A DNA stretch of 64,000 bases, from NCBI GenBank assembly GCA_951406725.2, contig OX597836.1, forward strand, positions 47,740,001 to 47,804,000, in the 5' to 3' direction. The notes under the pieces are model-generated. The model was given only the letters and a program-made list of their open reading frames with translations, was not told where the DNA came from and ran no database searches. The translations under genes and the position numbers were made by a program. Shown in pieces: positions 1 to 13,206 of the stretch; the first letter of the stretch is position 1; each line of letters begins with the position of its first letter. This DNA is from Octopus vulgaris. Lineage: Eukaryota.

Positions 1-3000
1 TGCTTGCTATTTCTAGCAAATCGAACGACAGCGACGTTACTCCTTTGTTGTTTCGCGTTTCTTGTGGTTGTCTTAACGATAACAGTTGGATATTACAACC
101 ATATGAAATTCGCAATAACTAAAGAACCGTGTTGCAATTCTGTTTGCAAGAAATAGCAACCAAATCTTCGTGATATCATATCTTACCGTCTTAAAAAATG
201 AAGGACACGCTAAATAATGTGATTCTAAATACAATATATCTAAAAATACTTTTGATCATAAGTTTACTGGATCAAGGCTGACCTGGGGCTAAACGATTAC
301 ATCAAACCTCTGTGGTATCTATTACGAGTCAACAAGAGAACTTTTATGCGAGCGCAAAACTTTTCTAGAAATAGCAATCAATTTCCCTCCGGTGCCACCC
401 CAGGGGCTTAGGAAAGAACAAAGGATATGTTGGAAGCCACAAGGGTGATGACTGAAGGAAACATTTGATGGACAAGTTACAAAATGTGTGCAAGTTAAGA
501 GAGAAAACGAAAAAGAAAATGAAACTGGAAATATAAAAAGGGGAACTGTCGTCCCTAAAAGATTACCAAGAATCCTTAGCAAGCCTGAATTATCCTGATA
601 ACTAAGAGTTAGTACCCTCTCCGGCTGTCATTTTCTTGCATACGGGTGCATGCTAAGTATAGGCCCATTCAGTGGTGTTTTGTTCACAAATCCCACCCAG
701 TTTTAAACAAATTCTCTTTGAAATGAAGTGGGAACCTTTGCCACCATCCTCGTTTTTCTCTACAATTGAAATTAAAAAGAGTCAATAAGTGCTTGACTGA
801 AGAGGAAAGTGTCTGCCTCCAATCTTTTCTGTTGCACCAACCATATAACCCTTTTTTAGCAGATCGCTTTCCAGACATATTTACATTACAGCATGTACTT
901 TATATGCACTTTCTGACAAGTTGTGATGCACCTGAGCACTGTATACAATAATTTCATTATTATTATTATTATTATAGAAGAAAGCTGTCTGCTCTTTCCA
1001 GCTTAAGAAAAGTAGCAGGGACGATATTCACAATGGATTCAGCTGTTAGTCCAATCCATCCAGCTGTTAATCCAATTAAGGCCCTCGTGCTTTCCGAAAT
1101 CCGCCGAAACTACACCTGATTGTCCCCCTTCCATACTCATACACATATGTGTATGTCATGACTCATGCACTGTTCTTTTCCTGACGCTTGTACATTACCC
1201 TATGTACTATACATACACTTTAGATGAGTTGTAGTGCACCTGAGCACTGTACACAATGTTTTATTATTATCCTACCCACAATAACTGCTTTCAGGAAAAC
1301 TCCACAAGATAGTGATGCTGGGGACTGACTAGGTGTATGCAGAATGGTTTTGTCATTCAGCATGCATCTTGGGCGAGCTAGGCACTTTCATGCCTAATGT
1401 TCTCCCAGTAGCACTTCTAAACCAGGGATTTCTGATAATTGTCCAATACTCTCAGACTGAAAGTCCTCCAGAACAGATCAGCCTGTTGGTTTCGGTTGTC
1501 ATCCAGAGTTTTCCTATGAATAGTCACTCATACCCACAGCTAACTTTCAGATGAATATTATTGTGGTCGCATTTCTTAACTAGTAGGGAGTTGTGGATGT
1601 CTGACAACATTTCAGATGCCTGATGCCCAATCTTGGTATTTACCTGACTCAGCACTGCATCTCTGTCAAAGAGATGAGCTGTAGGCACATGGCCTCACTT
1701 GTTCACCATCCATTAATCATCGTACATGTAAAAGCCTCAAGTGCATTTCTGTGCATCAGCAACCACGGACCTCTGTGCAGAGGTTGTTGACAACATGTTC
1801 CTTCTACAAGGAGTGGATGAGCAGACACCTCACACTAGTCAGACAAAAACAGAGCAAAGCACAATGCTCAGACAGTAATATGTAACAGAGGATATGTTTG
1901 GCATCTTCTCGGCCTATTTTCTGGAAAAGACTGGCTACTCTGTTCATAACCTCGACTCGGTTCCAATCTGTCTGGAGGTCAAGACTGAACGAAAGTGGTC
2001 CATCTGTTCAGTACCCTATGACACTGTCTGATAGCATGTTCTTGCTTCCCTAGGTGCCAAGCTGCTGGCTTATCAACTCATCATGGTCAAAGTTAAAGGG
2101 GGAGAATAAATACTCAACTTTAAACCTTTTTTTTTTTTTGTGGCATTATTCCTTTATAATATTCTTTTCTGTTCTAGGCACAAGGCCCGAAATTTTGGAG
2201 AGAAGGGGCCAATCGATTAGATCGACCCCATTACGCAACTAATACTTAATTTATCGACCCCGAAAGGATGAAAGGCAAAGTCGACCTCAGCGGAATTTGA
2301 ACTCAGACCATAAAGACAGACGAAATATCGCCAAACATTTCGCCCGTCGTGCTAACGTTTCTGCCAACTCGCCGCCTTATATTTCCTTTATAATATTGCA
2401 AACTATATTGACTTCCAGGGTGCCCTGCTTTTAGTTTCAGAGGCCCTGTAAAAATTAAGGGTGGTGCCCATAATTCTTAATTTTCCCAGAGATTTAGAAA
2501 ATGATAAACAAGTGACAATTATTTGGACAACTAAATACACAAATATTAATGGAAACAGAAAAGCAGATGAATTAACGAAAGAAGTAAAACTGGGATGGAT
2601 TGAGTTACTTCCCTTCAGTTCTAAGCTTTCTTGTTACTTATTTTGTTTAATTTGTCATATTTTAATAAAATATTCAAAGTGAATCAGTATTTCAACGATG
2701 GCTGCCTGATTAATAAGCCACATGTAAAGCCTCCTCTTAGTTCATCTAGTTATCTGTATCATTATAGCATGACATGACATGGTGTCAGAGTAAGGTAAAC
2801 CTCCTGCCACAAAAAAAAAAATGGTATAAAGTTGAGTATTTATTCTCCCCCTTTAACTTTTTTTCTGAACTTTGTTTAAATACGCATCAAATGTACATAG
2901 AAGCTATTTGAAATTGAAGTACCCTAGACTCATTTTAAGCGATTACAATTAGTCTGAACAGGATAGGATTGAATCCACTAAAAAACCAGAGCTTCGAAGG

Positions 3001-3971
3001 AAATTTAGCTGAAAACCACAAGGTCTAGGAACAACAGCCTGACTTTTGTTCACTTGCTGCAGTAAATATGGCAAAAGATGGGAAAGTGCTGGCTTCAGCT
3101 TGTCTCCACATTACTGGATCCAAAAGGCAACAGGTGTTTAACTCTTTTAAATTTGAAAACCCAGACAATAAAAACAAAATTATTATTGTTATTACCCTGA
3201 AAAAAGCATTACATATGTCCACTATCTATTTTTTAGATGAACTCCGTTATCACCAGAGAAGTTTGACTCCTTTCTAATCAACATGAAGCTGGAAGCAGTG
3301 GCGTAGCCTAATTGCGGAGCAAGGAGAGCGATCGCATCCCAGAACACATTTTTCAAAATTGGTGTATTTTCAACATTTTTTAAAACTCTTATGTCCACTA
3401 GTAAGATATAGGAAGCGCAATTGCCCAGTGGTTAGGGCAGCAGACTCGCTGTCGGAGGATCGCGGTTTCGATTCCCAGACCGGTCGTTGTGTGTCTTTGT
3501 TTGTTGAGTGAAAACACCTAAAAGCTCCACGAGACTCCGGCAGGGTGTGGTGGCGACAACTGTTCTACTCTTTCGCCACAACTTTCTCTCACTCTCTCTT
3601 CCTGTTTCTTGAGTAACGCTGCGATGGACTGGTGTCCCCTTCCAGCTGGGGGGAACACATACGTCACAGAAACCGGGCTCATGAGCCTGGCTAGGCTAGA
3701 AAAGGGGCGAAAAGGAAAAGGAAGTCTGGTATAAGTCGACTCTCTTTTTTTTTTTTTTTCGTTAATCGCATAGACTTGGACGAACTTTATGGAGTCGTTG
3801 ACCAACATTCCGTGTTTTTTAGCTTTCTGCTCAATCTTCTGTGATGCGTTGGTGGCCCACTTAACATCTGAAGAACCAAAACAAACCCTGATGTCATAAT
3901 CTCTCAACTATGGACGATCCCGTACAGTCTCATCCCTTCCACGTCACACTGAATCATAAAACTAATACAAT

Positions 3972-4195
3972 TACTCTTTACTCTTTTACTTGTTTCAGTC
4001 ATTTCACTGCGGCCATGCTGGAGCACCAACTTTAGTCGAGCAAATCGACCCCGGGACTTATTCTTTGTAAGCCCAGTACTTATTCTATAGGTCTCTTTTG
4101 CCGAACCGCTAAGAGACGGGGCGTAAACACACCAGCATCGGTTGTCAAGCAATGCTAGGGAGACAAACACAGACACACAAACATATACACACACA

Positions 4196-4269
<74 letters not shown>

Positions 4270-4436
4270 TACGGCAGGCTTCTTTCAGTTTCCATCTACC
4301 AAATCCACTCACAAGGCATTGGTCGTCCCGGGGCTATAGCAGAAGACACTTGCTCAAGGTGCCACGCAGTGGGACTGAACCCGGAACCATGTGGTTGGTT
4401 AGCAAGCTACTTACCACACAGCCACTCCTGCGCCTA
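3972..4436 (-). mobile_element. SINE family A; further - strand copies at about 9611-10053, 18043-18469, 20054-20450, 22921-23334, 23605-24277, 32133-32520, 32731-33150, 34895-35313, 38260-38640, 47500-47816, 61885-62272
   Basis: Recurrent sequence; source of the repeated spurious ORFs RQASFSFRLPNPLTR and DTCPRCHAVGLNPEPCGW. Confidence 0.92.
4198..4262. repeat. (TA)n microsatellite inside a SINE
   Basis: Perfect TA run. Confidence 0.97.
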
Positions 4437-4654
4437 TATTATAACTAATGAAATATTTCGCGTAATATAAGAGAAATGAGTTTTAAATTATTTGGTGTGT
4501 CACGGCGCCTTTTCTTCTTATGTGCTCACTCACTCTCTCTCTCTCTAACCTTAGAACTTCTAGCCGACAGTTGAAGACTGTGAGTTTGGAAATTTACAGG
4601 ATGGTTTAATCAGAAACAGAAGTTACTACGCCCTGATGGACGTGCAAGATCAAT

Positions 4655-4930
4655 GTGCAAGCAATAGAAAGTTGGGCATCAGAGGAATCAGATGTAGCAT
4701 GCAAGAGAGAAGACGACATTGGTTTGGTCGCGTGATGCGTATGGATGAGGACAGCTGTGTAGAGAAGTAGCAATTGCTTTTTTAAAAAGCCTGCAGAAAA
4801 GGAGACCAAGGAAAACATGGGAAGAAATAGTGAGTACCGATCTCAAGATTTTGTGCCTGACGGAACTGAAAATGGACCGAAATATCTAGGGATAGAAATT
4901 TCTTATGAAGACCTGCCTAACTTGACAAAA
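4655..4930 (+). mobile_element. Old RTE LINE C-terminal fragment
   Basis: Translates as …IRCSMQERRRHWFGRVMRMDEDSCV…RPRKTWEE. Confidence 0.7.
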
Positions 4931-5070
4931 CTGTGTTCTCGAAGCGCTGAATATTATGTGCTCTCCACCCGCGTTACATTAATTCACTCCTTCCCCAATG
5001 AACCAAACTACATCGCATTCATGCCCTGAGCTTGTTTCTGCCAACGCTTCTTGCAACCCAACATTAATTC

Positions 5071-5178
<108 letters not shown>

Positions 5179-5620
5179 CTATCATTTCCCTCACCAACTG
5201 CATCATTGCTGTCCTGCCACCCCCCACTCACTGTTGCATTCCCTTTTCCCCTCCACTCTATCCCCTACTTTCCTTTTGCACTCACCCTAACCCAATCCTC
5301 TGTTCCACTCCACTTACATTGACTTCCCTGTACTTTGAGGGCTCATGCCAGAACATGCTCACCACTATCTCTCTTTCAGAAGAGTGAAAACTCAAAATGT
5401 AAAAGACATTTCTTTACTTTTTTTTCCTCATTTTCCGAGTGTCGACGTTACACATTCTATGAGCCCATATGACTCGGGAAAGATCTTTATCCTAAATAAT
5501 AGACAGGCAGGCAGGCAGGCAGACATAGATAGACGTACTAAATATGACGAGGGTGTTAGAAATACCTACATTGCTAGAAATTAGAGCTAAAATGCTCTGA
5601 TGCTGTTGTCAAAGCACATA

Positions 5621-5658
<38 letters not shown>

Positions 5659-5709
5659 AAAAGACAAGTCAGGATAGAAAATGCTAAAATGATTCTATAA
5701 TGAACATTT

Positions 5710-5746
5710 CAGTACCGGTTTCGGTCATTTGAGACCTTTTCAACTG
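5710..5746 (-). ncRNA. Degenerate minimal hammerhead-like motif in an element adjoining a (TG)n tract
   Basis: Minus strand: CAG-uUGAAaA-GGUC ucaaau GACC-GAA-ACCGGU-A-CUG. Palindromic stem III, GUA triplet, two core deviations. Confidence 0.45.
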
Positions 5747-5912
5747 TAACAATTAAATAATTAAATTTAGAAAAATTAAAAGAAAAGTTTTTTTAAAAGA
5801 ATATTTGTATAGTGTTCAAATACAAGTGGCATTTTCCTTGTTTCTGCCTTTCTCTGTCTCTCTTATTTACTCCTGTGAGTTCGAGGCCGTTGTGAATTCT
5901 TGGTAGGGAAGG

Positions 5913-5950
5913 GGGAGGAGGAGGAGGAGGAGGAGGAGGAGGAGGAGGAG
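5913..5950. repeat. (GAG)n microsatellite
   Basis: About 12 units. Confidence 0.95.
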
Positions 5951-6189
5951 AAGCGGAGGAAGAAGACGAAGAATTTGGGAGTGCCTTGATTGTTGTATTT
6001 TGAATGGTCAGTGGAGGCTAGCAGTATATATATATATATATATATATATACAAACATACACACACACTGAGAGGGACTATAATCGCCCGAAAACACCGAT
6101 CGAGAATTCCCTATACTGACAGAGAATTTGGTACTTATACTAACAGAGAATTCAATCCGGAATTTGCCAGTCCTTACTTATGAGCAATG

Positions 6190-9100
6190 GACTTACGAGT
6201 TCCTAGTAGGGTAGAAAGCCAACCAGGCTTTTTTCACCCCTTAATAGGATATCCACCTTATTCCTTTCCGAGAGCAGAAAGACCGCATTCAATTTCAAAC
6301 TGAATTCGACAGCTAGCTCTCCTAGAATCCCTAGGTGGTGCTTTATTAACATCTCTGCTGCTCCTTTTATTCGTATACTCTCATCGGTGATCACTGCTCC
6401 CAACCATCATCAGAGCACAGTGGCCAAATCAGTTCCAATTTCGATAGTACGCTGCCCCATCTCAGGCCCAGATTCGCTCCCTTCAGTATTGCGTCTAATT
6501 CAGCCATATCGATACGGTTGCAATCATCCATTTTCCTGACCTACTCTGCGTCCTCTAACTCGACACATACATACCCCATTTCTAGAATGATCCTTATTGC
6601 CATGCTGCTAGCATCACACCGTAAGGTCCCGTTCGCCAATCTGGGCACATACCAGCTTCCGCTCTCACCATCTCTAGGATCTCCTGCATCATAGCCACTG
6701 TCCTCTCTCCCACTTTTTCCTTCCAGCTCGCCCCATCTGCTTGTCTTTTGACATAGCTACACACTGTCTGGAGAGCCCACCAGTCTACCACACATTGAGA
6801 ACAATTCTCATCTGTTCACGCTGGTGCCCAGTTCCAGAACGTTGTTTCCTCTCCAAAATACCAATACACCTGCTTTGTCTCTTTGCACCTTGAGCCCCAG
6901 TACAGCTCCTCCTACCATTGCCTCCGGTGGTTTCACCGTTAGTCCAAAATTCTTTAGGTGACCTGTGACCTCTGCTGTCGACATCACGGTCTCATCTACA
7001 GCAGTGTTGTCACTATGAGAGTTGGTGGCCTTTTTCACCTTGACCACCTTTCCCACAATAGACTTGAGGATTGTCGCCATGATCTTCAGTGCTCAATTCA
7101 GCCCCAAATCCAGCATCGTCAAACTGTATGTCTGGCCCTTATGTCTTTAGTAGCTGATATTTCCATAATTTCTCTCAGACGTGTGTAGCTGCAGATACGC
7201 CGACTTCAAGTTGACGATTGTGGAAGCCTTTGTCTTCTGTCTTCATTCTCGCAATATTTCCCTGCAAACGTCGGTAAGCTCTCCGCCTGTGTGGTACGAG
7301 TTGTGGACATTCAGCTTTCAAAAGTCCAGTACCAACCTGACCTTGCCTTTCATTGGCTGCACCACTGCCATTAGCAGCAATGCTCTGCTTTTTACTTCCT
7401 CCTTCCTCAATCATCTCTCCACTTACCCCTGGAGCTCGCTCCTGACATCTCTTTTCAGGGTATGCTGATAACAGCTTACCCTATTCCTCAACGTTGGGGG
7501 CTTCCTTTTCCAGTGCCACTCAAGTATCCACCGCTGACTGTCGGACACTGCCTGGAAATCCTTAAATACGATGGTGTATGCAACACAGTTCTCTTCAGGG
7601 CTCTCCTCACTCTCCTGTTGCAAACTCACAGCATGCGTTGTACCCACATCACCAAATGTAATCCTGTCTTCACTAACCGTGACGCCTCCTCGCCGTGATG
7701 GGAGCTACGTCGGGCGGGGCCGTGAAACCCCGGTAGGTTCAACCATGCCGAATTGGTCACATCGCATTGGACTAACGAAAGCAGCCCAATCTCCCTGACC
7801 GAACCGAACTAGGTGGGAGACTTCGTTGATTCTGGGGCGGTTATTAAGGGCGGGACTCCGGTCCCCACTCCTGTGTGTATGGCAAACCCGTGCGTGCTTA
7901 TATTTAATGATCACTCCTTGGGGGACCCCTACGCGTTGGGGGTTGGGGTGTTCCGGCAGTCTGCCTGTAAATCTGGCTCGAGCCACGGAGATACGGTCGA
8001 AAAACAAAAATGCAGAACGAAAACTCGAATGTCATACGGGTGTCAGGCCCCGTTAAACTGGCGGTATCGAGGTCCCGGGAAGGGCCTCGATACCAGTTGC
8101 GGCATGGGACTCACCTATGCCGTGGCGAAAGGCTACTTCTCCCTGAGGTAGGCATTAGGTCTAGCCTTCCTCGGCGTAATATGGTAGACCCACGGATCAA
8201 GTACAACACAACTGGCTTTAAATCGCTTACGGTCTCTAGGGATAGACCGGGCCGCTTTGTCTTGGAATGCGCGTTCCACACGATGGTTCTTCGTGGTGAT
8301 CACTACATCAACACCATCACCACATATTTGCTCGCAGACTTATTTTTGTTCCCTGTTCCAACGTCCCCACTTCACTGCTACTTTTACACCTAATCTCACT
8401 GCCATCAATTGCCCTTACACTACTCATTCCATATTTTAGCTAACTTTGAGGTCAATAAGGTCGTTGTACAACCCATGTCTTTGAAGGTTTTTAACACTTT
8501 CCATCCAACTACGACCTCGACTCTAGGCAGCAACTGTACGGAAGCCTGTACTTGCTTGCAAGAAGAAACTAGTGAGGTAGTAGTCTCCCTTTAATTCTTT
8601 TCTGGCTGCATTTATAGCAAACTGGTTCAGTCTTCGGCTCCTTGAACTCCCTCGCCATGTGCAGACTCTGACACCTAAAACACTAACCATTAAATGGTTA
8701 CGGCTGCTACACGGGGTCTCTTCTCTCGTTATTCATCAATTGCCGTCTGGCGTTGTAGGTTTCCGTAGCTGCCATCGCTGCTGCATCCCGCCCGGCGTTT
8801 CACGTCAACCCTCGGGCTTGAGCAATGAATTCACTCATAGACATCTCGCTGCTCGGCCGCTGTTGCAGCCGCACCGATGTCTCATCGGGGAAATCATTCA
8901 TGAGCGTCAGCCACGCTGCTTTTTCTATGCCTTCCCCCATAAATTCAGAGATCGTGGCCAACCTTGGAATTTCTGCCGCATACACGTCCGCACACTCTCC
9001 CACCATGCTCGTCACTAAGGAGGTGCGCTGGACAGCAATGCCCCCTCGCTATTCAATGGTTGCACCCTCAAATTTATTCCATTTTAGTGGCTCCACTTTA

Positions 9101-9836
9101 GCATTATTACAAATTCGCGCCTGCCTGGAACATTCTACAACAGCCCCATGTACCAAAGTCTGGCGATGGGCCTGTCTCCCATCCACCTTGCTTTTCTTAG
9201 CTTGGCAAACGCAGCTTACCAACCTTCCGTGAAAGGCTTCCTTTAGGCGCCGTTCAATATTTTCCCGTCTAGTTGGTCCGCTTTATCCATTTGAGGTACA
9301 GTACTAGCGCGTTTCCTTCCAAATACAGAACCATGAGACCTGCCACATCCTCTGGCAGCTACTTTGATCTTCCGAATCCTGGTGATAACATCTCCCTCGC
9401 CACAGAAGGATTTGATGGCATCACTAATGATTCATATTATCGTTGACAAATCATAGAAAAAAACATTGACGAAGGCCAAAATAGCTTAGGTATGAGCAAA
9501 CTCATATTCATATTCTAGAATTCATACTTTCATTCTATGTTTGTTTCCATTTCTTATTGTTTATTTCTAAAGAATTAGCATTTTATTGTATCACTATTTT
9601 AATATTTATTTACTCTTTACTCTTTTGCTCTTTTACTTGTTTCAGTCATTTGACTGTGGCCATGCTGGAGCACCACCTTTAGTCGAGCAAATCGACCCCC
9701 AGGACTTATTCTTTGTAAGCCTAGTACTTATTCTATCGGCCTCTTTTGCCGAACCGCTGAGTGACAGGGACGTAAACACACCAGCATTGGTTGTCAAGCA
9801 ATGCTAGGAGGACAAACACAGACACAAACACACACA

Positions 9837-9889
<53 letters not shown>

Positions 9890-10550
9890 GACAGGCTTCT
9901 TTCGGTTTCCGTCTACCAAATCCACTCACAAGGCATTGGTCGGCCCGGGGCTATAGCAGAAGACACTTGCCCAAGATGCCACGCAGTGGGACTGAACCCG
10001 GAACCATGTGGCTGGTTAGCAAGCTACTTACCACACAGCCACTCCTGCACCTATTTATTAATTATTTCTATTTTTATTATTATATTTTAAAAAATTCAAA
10101 TTCTTTTTAAATTTTATCTCTTTTGACTTTTAATTCTTCCCTTAATTTTTCACTCCCTAACTTAAATACTTGTGCACTTTCATCATTGATACCTCGACAC
10201 CAATCTCTTCTTATACCATTTCTACTTCTCTTTCACAATATTTTTCGTTTGAGGTACAGTACCAGCGCATTTCCTTCCAAATACAGAACCATGAGACCTG
10301 CCACATCCTCTGGCAGCTACTTTGATCTTCCGAATCCATCTATTTGGGAGCAGATACATGTGCTGTCGGAGCGTGTTTTCCGCCCTATACTTGCATACTC
10401 TTTGGGCTTTTCTATGTGCCTCGGAGGCTAGTCTAAGATCTCAAGGTCTCTCTAAGATTTACACATCTAACGCTAGCAACACTCCATTCATTTTACCGTA
10501 CTTTATCCTGAATTCTGCTACTCTTTATGCAATGTGCCTTTCTGGGTCCT
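6190..10550 (-). mobile_element. Decayed Gypsy-like LTR retrotransposon internal region (gag-CCHC-protease-RT-RNase H), interrupted at about 7692-8297 and 9380-10247
   Basis: Minus-strand fragments: VCYKC knuckle (about 8610), DMGCTT protease-like site (about 8470), KGKVRLVLDF and DLKSAYLQL RT motifs (7190-7350), AELDAILKG RNase H-like motif (about 6490). Many stops and frameshifts; no LTRs recognised. Confidence 0.75.
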
Positions 10551-10609
10551 TATGTAATCCTTCATAACTTTTGGTTTCTTTTGAATTTTCAGGAATTTTC
10601 TGCGAATTT

Positions 10610-11026
10610 GGGATCTTTTCCGTTTGAACGGCAGTTTTTAAAAATAATTTCTAGGTAACTAAAAAATGTTAAACTTCGTATACTTGTAGAATGTGTTTAT
10701 AAAACATCTTTTTCTCTTGGCTTTATTGAGAAAATTCTATAGTTTGTAAGATATTTGTTGTTTTTTTCTTCAATTTCTGAAATTTCAACCAATCAATGAC
10801 GTCTATTGAGGTAAACATATTCTGTGCCGTATGAAAATGTCCCTTGTTTAAGAAACAGATTGGGTTTATTTACATTTCTGAAGAAAAAAAGATACCCTTC
10901 CCCCACCCCTAACCCTAACCCTAAAAGAGATTGAAATGCTATAGATCGATACTAGGGTCATAATTATGGGTGACAATTTCATATGACACCGCTAGAAAAA
11001 ACTGCCGTTCAAACCGAAAAGATCCC
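10610..11026. mobile_element. MITE with ~30-bp TIRs and a 6-bp TSD (GAATTT), nested in another MITE-like repeat (about 10550-11490)
   Basis: GGGATCTTTTCCGTTTGAACGGCAGTTTTT … AAAAAACTGCCGTTCAAACCGAAAAGATCCC. Empty site visible at 49505-49520; partial copy at 51376-51610. Confidence 0.88.
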
Positions 11027-11540
11027 GAATTTGTGTTCTACACACGAGAAATTCAGACGATTATACAAAACAAAAATTATATGATTTAAGGGAGATCTAG
11101 CTGTTGTTTTTAGCACATCCCACGACCGCGTGATACCGCCCTCATTTCCTTACCACTCTGACATGTATTGATGTTTTTCAATATTCTTCTCCCCATAAAC
11201 ACATTTAATGGAATGATGATGCAGCCAGGTAAAGTCCATTGCTGGGATTTAAGCAAAAAATTCCGACTGTCCGCATTTTAAACTTCGGTTTAAAAACAAA
11301 AATTCGAAAAGGTGTGGAAATTTCTGGATTTATGGGTATAGGAGGGAGGGTTTTAAAAACAAATTAAATCTTTTTTTTACAGTCGTAAGAATTTTCATTT
11401 GCAGAATACAAATGCAAAAAGATTTTCTGAAAATTCCAAAAAATAAAGAAGTTATGAGGAGTCATATGGGATGTTTAAACCAGAATCCCACCTGCTTTTT
11501 TGTTCTCTCACAGGAGTGAACAGCTTCCCTTTATTCCCTA

Positions 11541-11936
11541 CTAGCAGTATCGCCCGGCGTTGCTCGGGTTTGTAAGGGAAATAACTATATAAGCATTTTT
11601 AGAGATGTAAAGTATAATAGCCATCTCAATATGGATAACCACAAAGGGGGGTGTGTTACTGTAGCTTTTTACGTTCTGAGATTTAATAATAAATTTTTAG
11701 AGAGTTACTTCCCTTATATATGCCAAAAATACATTAAAAATGGGAAAAATTGATGGTAAATTTTTTTTAAATCGTAGACTCATTGTAGACGTGCGCTAAT
11801 ACCCAGAAGGGCTCGATATGAATCACAACTATAAGATACCCGGTTTTGGTTAAACTGCACCGCAAAATGTGGGAGTAGTTAGGAATCTAAATCGTAGGAG
11901 ACAGACAGCACACAACCTCACTTTTATATATAAAGA
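11541..11936 (-). mobile_element. Non-autonomous Helitron, same family as 42593-42972
   Basis: Reverse-complement match; TC…CTAG termini inserted in an AT target. Confidence 0.85.
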
Positions 11937-12667
11937 TGTCCTACAATATCTTTATCTCTTCAGTTCAGGAATTTCTAATATTTCTACTATTCTCCCTTGG
12001 TCCTATCCCACCGATCCTAAGCCTATTTTAATTTTAATGAACTTTATGTCATTATCGTGGAGGCACATGGCTCAGTGGTTAGGGTGTCAGCATCATGATT
12101 GTAAGATTGTGGTTTCGATTCCTGGACTGGACGACACTTTGTGTTCTTGAGCAAAGCACTTCATTTCACGTTGCTCCAGTCCACTCAGGTGGCAAAAATG
12201 AATAATGCTGCAATGGACTGGCATCCCGTCCAGTTGGGGAACACATACACCATAGAAACCGGGCCCATGAGCCTAGTTAGGCTTTAAAAGGGTGCATTTA
12301 TTTATTATGTCATTATCAGCTCTATGTACACTCAACACTTACATATTTAATATAGTTTTATACTACACTTCAGTTTCTTTTTTTTACTTTAGGTCTTGGC
12401 TTTAATTCCTTGATGTCCACCCACCCCTACTGTTTTTCTTTTAAGCCCTGGCTTGTCACATTTTAGGGTCACAGGAACAGTTCTGCTTAGCTTCGTTCCA
12501 TTCCGTCTCACTTTACTCATGTGGTTTTTGGCCTACATCCATTCATAGAAAGCAAGCCAGTTGCAGCCTGGTGCCACTCTCCAGCCTGCAAACTCCTGTC
12601 AAATTGTCCAGACTATGCCAGCATGAAAAGCAAACTTTAAATGATGATATACATGCATATATTCATG

Positions 12668-12700
<33 letters not shown>

Positions 12701-12761
12701 ATGTACCGTTGGCGATTTTTTTTTCTCTGTCTTCCCTTCTCTGGATCTTTCCTTCTCCTAT

Positions 12762-12796
12762 GTTTCCGACGAAGAGCTCCGCTCAAAACGTTAAAC
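12762..12796 (+). ncRNA. Degenerate minimal hammerhead-like motif in a ~190-bp element (about 12703-12893) between microsatellites
   Basis: GUUU-CcGACGA-A-GAGC ucc GCUC-aAAACGUU-AAAC. Two core substitutions; stems and the ACGU palindrome are preserved. Confidence 0.5.
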
Positions 12797-12892
12797 CCTC
12801 CGTCTTTCCTTCTCTCCTGAGCGTCCAATAATACTATATGTGTTCCACGTCCTCGTGTTGTGTTTTTTTGTGCTTTCTTGTTTGGATTAACT

Positions 12893-12893
12893 T

Positions 12894-12924
<31 letters not shown>

Positions 12925-12963
12925 ATGTGTGTGTATATATATATATACATGTATGTGTATGTG

Positions 12964-12994
<31 letters not shown>

Positions 12995-13206
12995 ATATAT
13001 GTATATGCATATATGTATGTATATGCATATATGTATATATATGTGTATATATATATGTATGTATGTATATGTAGATGTGTATACCAGAGTAAACATATGT
13101 GAAACAAGGTAGGAAAAAATAGTACTCGAATATTTGAAGTTGAGTGAGTGAGTGAGTGTGTGTACATACATACATATATACATACATATATATATATATA
13201 TATATA
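12893..13206. repeat. Compound TA/TG microsatellite
   Basis: Degenerate alternating purine-pyrimidine tract with a short unique interruption. Confidence 0.9.

Noticed and set aside
1290-2090. Possible very old Gypsy gag/protease remnant on the + strand
   Set aside because: Only faint motif echoes, too degenerate to support without an alignment.
4152-4448. Recurrent ORF family 'RQASFSFRLPNPLTRHWSARG…' / 'DTCPRCHAVGLNPEPCGW'
   Set aside because: Antisense translation of SINE family A, not a gene family.
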